From an uncultured delta proteobacterium (GTDB lineage: Bacteria; Desulfobacterota; Desulfobaccia; Desulfobaccales; 0-14-0-80-60-11), in assembly GCA_963812015.1 (NCBI GenBank), contig CAWETI010000002.1, positions 800,001 through 864,000 on the forward strand: 64,000 nt of DNA, written 5' to 3'. Position numbers and translations under genes: made by a program. The notes beneath the pieces were generated by a model. The model was given only the letters and a program-made list of their open reading frames with translations, made no database searches and was not told the DNA's origin. Of this stretch, positions 1 to 8,403 are shown piece by piece (position 1 is the first letter of the stretch; each line of letters opens with the position of its first letter).

Positions 1-150
1 CGAGATCATATCTGCAGTTTTTACTGGCTCGTGGATAAGTGAGGAGTGTGGCAAGTAACTATGATGCAAAGGAGAGCTCTGCCCGTCCTATCAGTTGGTG
101 GTATCCTGGGATTCCAGACCAGTCTAACCACATCAAGATAGGAGGCTGCG

Positions 151-1209
151 ATGAGACGACCCAAGGGGCAGGTGAAAGGCGGAGAAGATTTATTTGTCGG
201 GATCGACCTACATAAGAACAGGTGGCACATAACCGTTCGGACTTTTGACGTAGAGGTGTTCAGCGCCAGCATTCCAGGGACCTGGGAGTCTTTGCCCCGA
301 GTTTTAGCTCGCTATCCCGGCCATCCCCTGCAGGCGGTCTATGAAGCCGGATATTTTGGATTTCGGCTTCATGACCGCCTGGTGGATCATGGCATCCCCT
401 GCCTGGTTACTCCCCCCAGTCTGCTTCCCCAAGAATACGGCAACCGGGTCAAAACCGATCGGCGGGACAGCAGTAAGCTGGCGCATCTGTTGGCCAAAGG
501 GATGCTGAAGCGGGTGTGGGTGCCCAGTGAAGAGGAACTTTATCACCGCCAGGTCATCCGTCGCCGCCGGCAGTTAGTCAGGGATCGGGTGCGGACCCAG
601 AGTCGCATCAAGGCAGAGCTGAGGTTTTACGGAATTCGCCTAGAAGAACCACGAGGCAGATGGACCCAACTATACTGCGAGACTCTGCGGAGTATCAGGT
701 TTGGGAACCGCTGGATGCAGGAGAGCTTCAACCGCCTGCTGGAGCAGTATAAATTTTTAAGTGCGCAGATCGATAAACAGACCCAACTGCTGCGGGAATT
801 ATCCGAGACTGCTCTGTACCAGGAGCGAGTGGAGATTTTACAGAGCATCCCCGGTATCGGGATAATCTCTGCGATGGAACTGCTGCTGGAACTGCAGGAC
901 GTGTCCCGTTTTCGACGGGCGGAACAACTGGCGGCTTACGTGGGTTTAACCCCGTCCCAATACTCCAGTGCGGATAAGGTGCGCATGGGCCGTATCACCG
1001 GCATCGGCAAGAATACCCTCCGGGCCATATTGGTGGAAGCCTCATGGAAACTGATCACCAAGGATCAGGTGATGCGCCAAAAGTACGAAAGGATCAAGAT
1101 CCGTTCGGGAGGGAAGCGTGCCATTGTCGCCATTGCCCGCACCCTGCTGCTGCGCATGAGGCGCATGTCGCTTGATGGTCAGGCATACGCCTTTCAACTG
1201 GCAGCTTAA
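151..1209 (+). CDS. IS110-family transposase/recombinase (DEDD RuvC-like N-domain + Transposase_20 C-domain)
   Basis: FVGIDLHK, YEAG and KTDRRD DEDD residues; C-terminal IPGIG..., AYVGLTPSQYSS (catalytic Ser region), GRITGIGKNTLRAILVEA, RAIVAIAR; SD GGAGG upstream. Confidence 0.96.
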   Translation: MRRPKGQVKGGEDLFVGIDLHKNRWHITVRTFDVEVFSASIPGTWESLPRVLARYPGHPLQAVYEAGYFGFRLHDRLVDHGIPCLVTPPSLLPQEYGNRVKTDRRDSSKLAHLLAKGMLKRVWVPSEEELYHRQVIRRRRQLVRDRVRTQSRIKAELRFYGIRLEEPRGRWTQLYCETLRSIRFGNRWMQESFNRLLEQYKFLSAQIDKQTQLLRELSETALYQERVEILQSIPGIGIISAMELLLELQDVSRFRRAEQLAAYVGLTPSQYSSADKVRMGRITGIGKNTLRAILVEASWKLITKDQVMRQKYERIKIRSGGKRAIVAIARTLLLRMRRMSLDGQAYAFQLAA

Positions 1210-1408
1210 GCATGCAAGTCCAACAAAAACCGGTTTAGGGTATGGCGACTGATAACTGTGAGTGCCTTCCAATCGGCAACCACGTTGGCAAGTATGTCAG
1301 CCCTGATTGAATACCCCGGATTACTTACTTGCGGTCCCACCTGAGAGGGGAACCACGAATAGGAGACTGGCTTGGATTCTAACCGGATACTGCACCACCT
1401 CGGCTCTC
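1210..1408 (+). ncRNA. Candidate bridge/seek RNA region of the IS110 element
   Basis: Non-coding segment downstream of the transposase; contains TGGCAAGTA (1286-1294) identical to left flank/junction 49-57 and ATAGGAG (1359-1365) identical to right end 1421-1427. Confidence 0.6.
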
Positions 1409-1503
1409 TTGACTTTGCACATAGGAGTTAACAGAAGCAGTCACATGGTCTTCTGAACCTCTTCTGAGGGCATGAAGGGCTGGTTTATAGGAAGGGAATT
1501 CTT

Positions 1504-2004
1504 TCAAGGGGCGATCTTAGGGGCGGGGCAGGGAGCAGGGAGACCCCAATCCTGTAATTTGGCGAGGATGCAGGCCAGCAGCAGGGGCAGTATTGCTTGC
1601 AAGAGCTCAGAGAGCTCCAGGCCGGTTTCGATGATGTGGGGCTGGATACCGATGAGGCAGATTTCCCGGGGGGCGACGTCGAGGAGTTGGGCCGCGGCCA
1701 GCACGTCTATCAGGCCCAGATGATGCAGGGAATCTTTGCTGGTGAACAAGGCCGGAATCTCCTGATTTTCCAGGACGCCGATGCAGCCGGGCTCCTTGCG
1801 GAAATTTACCGCGTCGACAAAAATGACCCGGTCCCGGCCCTCGATGTAAGGGAGCAGGTCCAGACCGGCGGTGCCCCCATCCACGATTTCGAGGCCGGGG
1901 GGCATCAGGTAACGCGCCTCCAGGGCCCGAATGGCGTGGATACCTATGCCTTCGTCCCGGAGCAGGAGGTTGCCGAGACCTATTAAGGTTAGTTTTATTT
2001 CCAA
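1504..2004 (-). CDS. hybD: Hydrogenase maturation endopeptidase (HybD/HyaD family)
   Basis: GLGNLLLRDEGIG, VDGGTAG, FVDAV, SLHHLG motifs; last gene of the hyb operon. Confidence 0.93.
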   Translation of the reverse strand: MEIKLTLIGLGNLLLRDEGIGIHAIRALEARYLMPPGLEIVDGGTAGLDLLPYIEGRDRVIFVDAVNFRKEPGCIGVLENQEIPALFTSKDSLHHLGLIDVLAAAQLLDVAPREICLIGIQPHIIETGLELSELLQAILPLLLACILAKLQDWGLPAPCPAPKIAP

Positions 2005-2098
2005 ATGATCGGCCTCACGTCAAGCCGCCAAGGCGCCCAGTTAAAAAGGCGCGAGGCGCATTTGCATAAGCGCATCGGGATGAGCGTGCCTCCCAAAG

Positions 2099-2126
2099 AA
2101 GGGGCGGACCGCATGGTCCGCCCCTT
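2099..2126 (-). terminator. Perfect 12-bp hairpin after hybC (terminator or mRNA-stabilising stem)
   Basis: AAGGGGCGGACC-GCAT-GGTCCGCCCCTT immediately 3' of the hybC stop; followed by a weak U-tract (CTTT) on the minus strand. Confidence 0.6.
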
Positions 2127-2129
2127 GAA

Positions 2130-3830
2130 TTACAGAGCTTTGACCTCAACCATGGACTGGCCTTTGGGGTCCACCAAATGGATGGCGCAGGCCAGGCAGG
2201 GGTCAAAGGAGTGGACGGTGCGGACCACCTCCAGGGGTCGGTTGGGGTCGGCCACCGGGTTGCCCACCAGGGAGGCCTCGTAGGGGCCCAGAGCGTCGTT
2301 CTGGTTGCGGGGCCCGGAGTTCCAGGTGGAGGGCACCACGCACTGGTAGTTCTTGATCTTATTATCTTCGATGATCACCCAATGGGACAGGACGCCCCTA
2401 GGCGCCTCATGGAAGCCGAAGCCCCGGCTTTCGCCCGGCTTCATGGGGTATTTGTTGCAGATGGCGAGATCGCCCCTGGCGATGTTGTCCACCAAGGCCT
2501 GCCACTGGGTGTTGAGCTCATCATAAAGCACGGCGCAGCGGATGGCCCGGGCGGCGTGGCGGCCGATGGTGGAGTGGAGCGCCTCGAGCCCCACCTTGGC
2601 GCCAGCCAGCTTGCTAACGGTATCCAGGGCCAGAGTGGCGTACTTCTTGGTGGGCTCGTGGCCGGCGACGAACATGCAGAGGACGTTGGCCAGGGGGCCC
2701 ACCTGGGCCGGCTTGTCATAGAAGGACGGGGCCTTGACCCAGGAGTACTTGCCGTTGTCCTTGAAGCCGGTGTAATTGGGATCAGTGGATTCGTCATAGG
2801 GATGCTTGGTCCAATCACCCTTGTACCAGGAGTGCTTAATGGACTCCTTGACGCCCTCCCGGAAGTAGTCGTCGTGGTAGGAGGTGATGGGTTTGAAGCT
2901 CTTGAGGTCGGCGTTGGCGATGTAGCCGCCGGGCATGTTGAAGACCGTGCCCTTGGTGTCCATGGGCATGTCGGGCACCGACAGGTAATTGGTGACGCCG
3001 GCGCCGTACTTGGTCCAGTCGGCGTACATGGCGCCCACGGCGCAAACGTCCGGCAGGTAAACGTTCTTGACGAAGCCGCCCACTTCGTCGATGAGGGTCT
3101 TGATGTAATAGAGCCGCTCCATGTTGAGGGCGGAGGGGGAGTCCAGATTGATGGCGGTGGAGACGCCGCCGGGCACCAGGTTGGCGACGTGGGGCGTCTT
3201 GCTGCCCAGGATGGAGACGATCATGTTGGCCTTACGCTGGTAGTCCAGGGCCTGGAGGTAGTGGGCCACGGCCATAAGGTTGACCTCCGGGGGCAGCTTC
3301 ATGGCGGGATGGCCCCAATAGCCGTTGGCGAAGATGCCGAGCTGGCCCGAGGCCACAATGGCCTTGAGCTTGTCCTGGACGGCCTTCATCTCCTGGTAAC
3401 TGTTCCGGGGCCAGGAGGACAGACTGTCGGCCAGTTGGGCCGCTTTCTTCGGGTCGGCCTTGAGGGCGGAGGTGATGTCCACCCAGTCCAGGGCCGAGAG
3501 ATGGTAAAAATGCACCATATGGTCATGCACGGCGTGGGCGGCGATGATCAGGTTGCGAACGTACTGGGCGTTGAGGGGCACTTCCATCTTCAGGGCGTTC
3601 TCTATCGCCCGCACCGAAGCCAGGGCGTGGACCGTGGTGCAGACGCCGCAGATGCGCTGGGTGAAGGTGGGAGCATCCCGAGGGTCGCGGCCCTGGAGGA
3701 TGACCTCGATGCCGCGCCACATCTGGCCCGAGGACCAGGCGTTGGTGACTTTGCCGCCATCAACTTCACATTCTATGCGTAGATGCCCTTCGATCCTGGT
3801 TATGGGGTCGACGACAATTCTTTTAGCCAT
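2130..3830 (-). CDS. hybC: [NiFe]-hydrogenase large subunit, group 1c (hydrogenase-2 type), Cys-type (not NiFeSe)
   Basis: DPITRIEGH, RICGVC (L1), EAPRG, DPCLACAIH (L2) followed by a cleavable C-terminal tail; start taken at ATG 3830 (ORF track starts at GTG 3836). Confidence 0.96.
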   Translation of the reverse strand: MAKRIVVDPITRIEGHLRIECEVDGGKVTNAWSSGQMWRGIEVILQGRDPRDAPTFTQRICGVCTTVHALASVRAIENALKMEVPLNAQYVRNLIIAAHAVHDHMVHFYHLSALDWVDITSALKADPKKAAQLADSLSSWPRNSYQEMKAVQDKLKAIVASGQLGIFANGYWGHPAMKLPPEVNLMAVAHYLQALDYQRKANMIVSILGSKTPHVANLVPGGVSTAINLDSPSALNMERLYYIKTLIDEVGGFVKNVYLPDVCAVGAMYADWTKYGAGVTNYLSVPDMPMDTKGTVFNMPGGYIANADLKSFKPITSYHDDYFREGVKESIKHSWYKGDWTKHPYDESTDPNYTGFKDNGKYSWVKAPSFYDKPAQVGPLANVLCMFVAGHEPTKKYATLALDTVSKLAGAKVGLEALHSTIGRHAARAIRCAVLYDELNTQWQALVDNIARGDLAICNKYPMKPGESRGFGFHEAPRGVLSHWVIIEDNKIKNYQCVVPSTWNSGPRNQNDALGPYEASLVGNPVADPNRPLEVVRTVHSFDPCLACAIHLVDPKGQSMVEVKAL

Positions 3831-3854
3831 ATTCACATTCTCCTTGACGCAAGG

Positions 3855-5000
3855 TTAGGCGTGCTCAGCCTCGGGCAGCACCGGGAATTTTTTGACGAAA
3901 TAGAGGTAGGCCATGAGTTCGATGGCCACGATTCCCAGGGTGATCAAAATTTCCGGGACGGCCGGGAAATAGTGCCACCCGGGCCCGGGGTTAAAGCCGA
4001 TGAGAAAGGTGTCGAACCGATAGAGGGAGCCTGCCAGGAGCAGGGAGCAGGACCCCAGGAACAGGAAGCGGAGGTCGCTCCTGAGCGAGGGGCTGACCGC
4101 GATCAGGACGGGCACCAGGTAAAAGAGATTCTCCAGGATGAACATGAAGCTCAGGAAGCCGCTGGTGAAGACCGGGGCGCCCCGGAACAGGAGGTCGACA
4201 AAACGGAGCACCAGGTAAGCTGCCACAACCCAGGCCATGACCCCGGTAAGCTTGGAGAGCATGGGAGTCTCAAAGGGTCGCTTGAAGGCGACCGAGGAGA
4301 GGATGGATTCGAAGGCCGTCACCCCAAAGCCCATGGCAATCGCCGAAAGCAGGAAGAACAGGGGCAGAAGGCTGGTCTGCCAGAGGGGCGAAAGCTTGTA
4401 GCCGGCAAGGACCATCAGGGTCCCCAGGGAAGACTGGTGCATGGTGGGCAGCAGGATGCCCACCGCGGCGATGACCGGCAGCCAGCGCTCCAAGCGCCGG
4501 CGGGTCTCCACGGCTTTGGCGTTGCCGGGGTAGCCCTCCAGAATGGTGGGCAGGAGTTCGATCCACAGGACCACCACGTAGGCGGCGATGCAGAGGGCTA
4601 CTTCCACCAGGACGGAGCTGAAGTTGGCCTGCCAGGGTAGGAAGAGCTTATAGCCGTTCCAATAGCGCCCGATGTCGAGGAAGATGGCCAGGCCCGCCAA
4701 ACTGTAACCGAAGACGCTGGTGAGTACGGCGGAGCGCACTACGGGGTGATACTCCCAGCGGTTAAAGACATAGATCAGGATGGCCGTGGCGTAGCCGCCG
4801 CAACCCAGGGCCGTGCCCACCAGGACATCGTATGTGATCCAGAGGCCCCAGGGATAGCCGTCGCTCAGGTTGGTGACTGCGCCCAGGCCGGCCATGAAGC
4901 GGTAGAGGATGAGGATGACCGCCACCACGGCCAGGGCCGCCAGGACCAGGAAGGGCTTGGTTACGATTTTGGGATGCAGATTAAGGGATTCGTCAGCCAT
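3855..5000 (-). CDS. hybB: Hydrogenase-2 integral membrane subunit (NrfD/PsrC family)
   Basis: GLGAVTNLSDGYPWGLWI, LPTMHQSSLG, multiple TM segments; lies between hybA and hybC. Confidence 0.93.
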   Translation of the reverse strand: MADESLNLHPKIVTKPFLVLAALAVVAVILILYRFMAGLGAVTNLSDGYPWGLWITYDVLVGTALGCGGYATAILIYVFNRWEYHPVVRSAVLTSVFGYSLAGLAIFLDIGRYWNGYKLFLPWQANFSSVLVEVALCIAAYVVVLWIELLPTILEGYPGNAKAVETRRRLERWLPVIAAVGILLPTMHQSSLGTLMVLAGYKLSPLWQTSLLPLFFLLSAIAMGFGVTAFESILSSVAFKRPFETPMLSKLTGVMAWVVAAYLVLRFVDLLFRGAPVFTSGFLSFMFILENLFYLVPVLIAVSPSLRSDLRFLFLGSCSLLLAGSLYRFDTFLIGFNPGPGWHYFPAVPEILITLGIVAIELMAYLYFVKKFPVLPEAEHA

Positions 5001-5012
5001 AGTGCCCTCCGT

Positions 5013-5978
5013 TCAAGGTAAATCCTGGTTGGTGGTATTTTTGTAGATCAGGTAAAAGAGGCCGCCGAGCAGGACGTAGGGGACGATCATGCCCTTATAG
5101 AGGGTATGATAGAGGGTCTCGGACTGGCTGGCGGTGGATGTAGGTGGCAACTGTGGTAGGTCCAATTTGTTGAAGGGGACGTTGGCCAACATGAGGACCT
5201 GGGTGCCGCCGCCTTCCCGGGCGCCATAGATGTGATTGATATACGGCGTCACCTTACGCTGGGTTTTGTCGGGCGAATCCACCAAGCGTAAGGGGTAATC
5301 GGCCATCTGCCCCGTGGTCAAAGACAACCGCCGTTTGGCTTCCTTCAGGAGATCCTGAACGTTGCCGTAGATCGAGGCGCCGGTGGGGCAGAACTCGCAG
5401 CAGGCCGAATAGCTGCCCTGGGCGATGCGATGGGAGCAAAGCTGGCACTTTTTGATCTGGGGAAAGGCTTTGTCCCACTCAAACTTGGGCACATTGTATG
5501 GGCAGGCTACCTGGCAGTATCGACAACCGATACAGACGTCCTTGTTATACGTAACGGCTCCGGTGTTGAGATCTTTGCTGAGGGCTCCCACCGGGCAGGC
5601 GGAGGTGCAGGAAGGATCGACGCAGTGCATGCAGAAGCGCCGGACGAAGGAGTAGCCGTTAATCGTCCGGTCTTTGACTTGGCCGGTGCCGTTGGTGTAA
5701 AGTTTAACGATGTTGTAGGTCTTGGCGGACAGGTCTATGGGATCGTCCCAGACGTTGTTGGGGTGGTAGTGGTCAGGGGGCAGATGGTTGTATTCTTTAC
5801 AGGCCGCCATGCAAGCCTTGCAGCCAATGCAGAGCGTGGCGTCGTAAAGAATACCCACGGCCTCGGGGAGGCGGGGTATGGGCTCTCGGGCTGCGGCCGG
5901 TACCGGGCTGAGACTGGACGCCAGCACCAGGCTCCCACTCGCGGAAACCTTGAGGAAATCTCGTCGGCTGAGTCCCAT
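5013..5978 (-). CDS. hybA: Hydrogenase-2 4Fe-4S electron-transfer subunit
   Basis: Tat signal SRRDFLK; CIGCKAC, CMHCVDPSC, CIGCRYCQVACP, CQLC motifs; C-terminal TM helix. Confidence 0.93.
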   Translation of the reverse strand: MGLSRRDFLKVSASGSLVLASSLSPVPAAAREPIPRLPEAVGILYDATLCIGCKACMAACKEYNHLPPDHYHPNNVWDDPIDLSAKTYNIVKLYTNGTGQVKDRTINGYSFVRRFCMHCVDPSCTSACPVGALSKDLNTGAVTYNKDVCIGCRYCQVACPYNVPKFEWDKAFPQIKKCQLCSHRIAQGSYSACCEFCPTGASIYGNVQDLLKEAKRRLSLTTGQMADYPLRLVDSPDKTQRKVTPYINHIYGAREGGGTQVLMLANVPFNKLDLPQLPPTSTASQSETLYHTLYKGMIVPYVLLGGLFYLIYKNTTNQDLP

Positions 5979-5981
5979 AGT

Positions 5982-7178
5982 TTAGTCCTTCTTGGTCTCG
6001 GCGCCGGGGTCCGATTTTTCTTTGCCCAGCTTCATGGCGGCAACCGCGCCGGCGCCCACAGCCAGGCCGGCCAAACCGGCCGCCAGGCCCACGGCCGCGG
6101 TAGTAACGCCATGCCCCTCGGGGGCCTGAATGGGCGCAAAGGCGGTGGGCGGAGTCAGGCGCAGCTCCCCGCCCCCTACCCGGACTTTACCCTCCTCCAA
6201 GGGTAAACCCGCCGGGGTGAAATACGCCAGGCTGGCCTGTTCAGGTATGGGCTTGGTAAAGCCCACGCCCTTCTCGGAGCAGCCGAAGCAGGGGCAGCCG
6301 GTGCCCACCGGCCAGCTCCGGGGACCGACGTCGCCGAAGAGTTGCTCGGGGCAGTTGTTATAGGTCTCAGGCCCCTTGCACCCCAGTTTGTAGAGACACC
6401 AACCCCGACGATGGCCGTCGTCGCCGAACTCCAGGGCAAAGCGACCGGCGTCGAAATGCGCCCGCCGCTCGCAGCCCTCGTGGATGAGGCGGCGATAGGC
6501 AAATTTGGGCCGGGCCTTATCGTCCAGCTCGGGCAGTTTTTTGAAGGTCAGGACATAGAGCACGGTGGACAGGAAGTTATAAGGGTTGGGCGGGCAGCCC
6601 GGGATATTGATCACGGTAAATTTGCCGCCCAGGGCCTCGGCGGTGGACACGGCGCCGGTGGGGTTGGGAGAGGCCGAGGGGATGCCGCCCCAAGAGGCAC
6701 AGGAGCCGATGGCGATCACGGCCATGGCCTGGGGGGCGGTCTCTCTCAAGATGTCCAGCACCGGCCGGCCGCCGATCTGGCAGTAGATACCGCCGTCCTT
6801 GGTGGGAATAGAGCCGTCCGTCACCAGGATGAACTTACCCTGGTTTTCCGCAATGGATTTCGCCCTGGCTTCTTCCGCCAGGTGGCCCGAAGGCGTGCTC
6901 AGCGTTTCGTGATAATCGAGGGAGATGAGATCGAGGATCAGCTGCTCCACCGTGGGGTGGGTGGAGCGTAGCAGGGTTTCAGTACAGCCGGTGCACTCCT
7001 GGCCGGAGAGCCAAATGACCGGCGGACGCTTGAGGTTGGCAACTGCTTCGGCGATTTTGGCTCCCATGCCCAGGGGCAGCCCCATGCCCACCGCCGCAAT
7101 GGTGCAGAACTTCAAAAAATCTCGCCGCGATACCATTCCTAAATGCCTGGGGACCAGATCTGATTCGTGATCCTTCAT
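5982..7178 (-). CDS. hybO: [NiFe]-hydrogenase small subunit
   Basis: Tat signal SRRDFLK; QECTGC, GSCASWGG, PGCPP, HEGCERR, WCLYKLGCKGP, CFGCSE; C-terminal TM anchor; SD GGAGG. Confidence 0.95.
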   Translation of the reverse strand: MKDHESDLVPRHLGMVSRRDFLKFCTIAAVGMGLPLGMGAKIAEAVANLKRPPVIWLSGQECTGCTETLLRSTHPTVEQLILDLISLDYHETLSTPSGHLAEEARAKSIAENQGKFILVTDGSIPTKDGGIYCQIGGRPVLDILRETAPQAMAVIAIGSCASWGGIPSASPNPTGAVSTAEALGGKFTVINIPGCPPNPYNFLSTVLYVLTFKKLPELDDKARPKFAYRRLIHEGCERRAHFDAGRFALEFGDDGHRRGWCLYKLGCKGPETYNNCPEQLFGDVGPRSWPVGTGCPCFGCSEKGVGFTKPIPEQASLAYFTPAGLPLEEGKVRVGGGELRLTPPTAFAPIQAPEGHGVTTAAVGLAAGLAGLAVGAGAVAAMKLGKEKSDPGAETKKD

Positions 7179-7509
7179 AGATCCTCCATTGTAATAGGTG
7201 AGGTCGGGAGTTTTTCCCTCCTTGACGCCTTGTTAGCGCGGATGCACCGGTTGAACCTTATGAATTTTTCTCTCCTAAGATCCTCCTCAAGTTGAGGTTG
7301 GTCATACCTTAAAACCCACGGGCAAACAAATTTCAACGATCTGTGCTTGGCGCTTCCGGTGGTCTACAGATTTTGGCAGTTGCCAGATACCCCGCCCTAC
7401 AGAAAGCGGCGCTCGTCTGACTTAGGCCCAAGGTTGGAATCTGCCGTTCTGAGAAGGGCAGGGAATGGCGGCGAGGTTAAAGAAGGGAATGAAACGGGGA
7501 AAACCGTAC

Positions 7510-7635
7510 TTAGATTTCTTTACTCCCAGGCGCCCCTGCGGTTCTCAGTCGGGCTGATGGCGAGAGCCTTACCAAGGCCTCTCGGTAAACCTGGGTTCAG
7601 GATCTGCCGGAACCGGGGAAGAGCAAACGTAGCAC
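7510..7635 (-). CDS. Leader uORF A: MLRLLFPGSGRS then UGA (7599-7597); 41 aa if UGA is read as Sec
   Basis: SD AAGGAGGT (7652-7645), GTG start at 7635, UGA at codon 13, frame stays open 28 more codons to TAA 7512-7510; homologous to uORF B. Confidence 0.55.
7561..7584 (-). promoter_or_regulatory. SECIS-like hairpin of leader A
   Basis: CGAGA-G-GCCTT-GGT-AAGGC-TCTCG; GGU apical loop begins 23 nt after the in-frame UGA. Confidence 0.55.
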
Positions 7636-7669
7636 CTGGGAATCACCTCCTTTGTTGAGGATGGGAAGC

Positions 7670-7699
7670 ATTATAAAACCGAGTGCCAAACAAATGCAA
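7670..7699 (-). promoter_or_regulatory. Sigma70-type promoter driving leader A (towards hyb)
   Basis: Minus strand TTGCAT-N18-TATAAT, about 17 nt upstream of the SD. Confidence 0.65.
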
Positions 7700-7845
7700 T
7701 AGTTATTTCACAAAGGGTTATAGGCTTCCCCCTGCCATCGGGTTTTGGGACAGTTATGCAACCAGCCTGAGGGTGGCTGTTCAAATGCCTTCCTTTTCAC
7801 GGGGAGGGAGGAACCAGGTTGGCTGATGAGCAGACAAGAAAATTG

Positions 7846-7874
7846 TTGAATGGCATATCCTATCACCCTACAAT
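7846..7874 (+). promoter_or_regulatory. Sigma70-type promoter driving leader B
   Basis: TTGAAT-N17-TACAAT, 16 nt upstream of the SD. Confidence 0.65.
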
Positions 7875-7906
7875 GAAGCGAACTTTAGAAAAGGAGGTGG
7901 TTCCGG

Positions 7907-8044
7907 GTGTATCGGCCGTTTATTCCCATTAAGGTGAAATCCTGAAGCTCAGGCGACCGCAGAGCCTTGGTAAGGCTCTTGCTAGTATCCAGACTGGTAA
8001 GGGGTGGGGCGGATCACCTGGGATCGAGGTTTCCTTCGGATTAG
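7907..8044 (+). CDS. Leader uORF B: MYRPFIPIKVKS then UGA (7943-7945); 45 aa if UGA is read as Sec
   Basis: SD AAGGAGGT (7891-7898), GTG start at 7907, UGA at codon 13, frame open 32 more codons to TAG 8042-8044; homologous to uORF A. Confidence 0.55.
7959..7982 (+). promoter_or_regulatory. SECIS-like hairpin of leader B
   Basis: AGAGCCTT-GGT-AAGGCTCT (8-bp stem, extendable by GC/GC); GGU loop at 7969-7971, 23 nt after the UGA. Confidence 0.55.
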
Positions 8045-8403
8045 CTGCACAAGTCCGGCGTTTCCTTCTGTAAGGTAAGACCTCCCCAAGTTACTATCCC
8101 TGTTAATCCCATCCAACCTGTGGTCTCTAATTCAATAACTACCTGATTAATTTTGATATTTCTGCGTTGCGGCGCGCTTGCCTAGTGCTGCGCCACGATG
8201 GAAGAAGACTGCCCGCAATGGTCGGCCCATCGCCCAGATGGACAAAACCTTCGTGGTTTCCTTGAACGGGCCATCGACATGGTCCATTTCCGGGATCAGC
8301 AGGTCACGTCTTCCCTTGCTTTGGCTTGTTAAGGTGAGGCTACACTAAACCACAAAGGAGTATTAATGGCAGTGATTGTCAGACAACCAAGCAAGGAGAA
8401 GGA

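Larger units (their letters stand above)
54..1428 (+). mobile_element. Complete IS110/IS1111-type insertion sequence (short left end, ~200-nt right non-coding end)
   Basis: Imperfect sub-terminal inverted repeats (left ATGATGCAAAGGAGAGC vs right GCTCTCTTGACTTTGCACAT); shared core AGT at 54-56 and 1426-1428 (alternative core TAAC at 56-59/1429-1432); joining the ends creates a TTGACT-N17-TATGAT promoter. Confidence 0.75.

Noticed and set aside
21..60. TCHTPH on the minus strand at the IS insertion site, suggesting an interrupted c-type cytochrome
   Set aside because: Neither reconstructed empty site restores CxxCH, and a stop follows within six codons
2178..3782. Long antisense ORFs (also 21513-23021, 37879-39210, 62260-63951 and others)
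   Set aside because: Shadow frames of GC3-rich real genes, with no recognisable motifs
7316..7388. GGGCAAAC...GGTCTAC...GGCAGTTGCC resembling a c-di-GMP-I (GEMM) riboswitch
   Set aside because: Lacks the GNRA loop and the ACGCAAAG junction, and lies antisense to the hyb operon; needs an Rfam scan
7672..7690. TGGCAC/TGGCAT upstream of both leaders as sigma54 promoters
   Set aside because: No TTGC at -12; well-spaced sigma70 hexamers explain both regions better
7696..7713. Possible Rex operator (TATTTCACAA) upstream of the leader A promoter
   Set aside because: Only one half-site matches TTGTGAA-N4-TTCACAA
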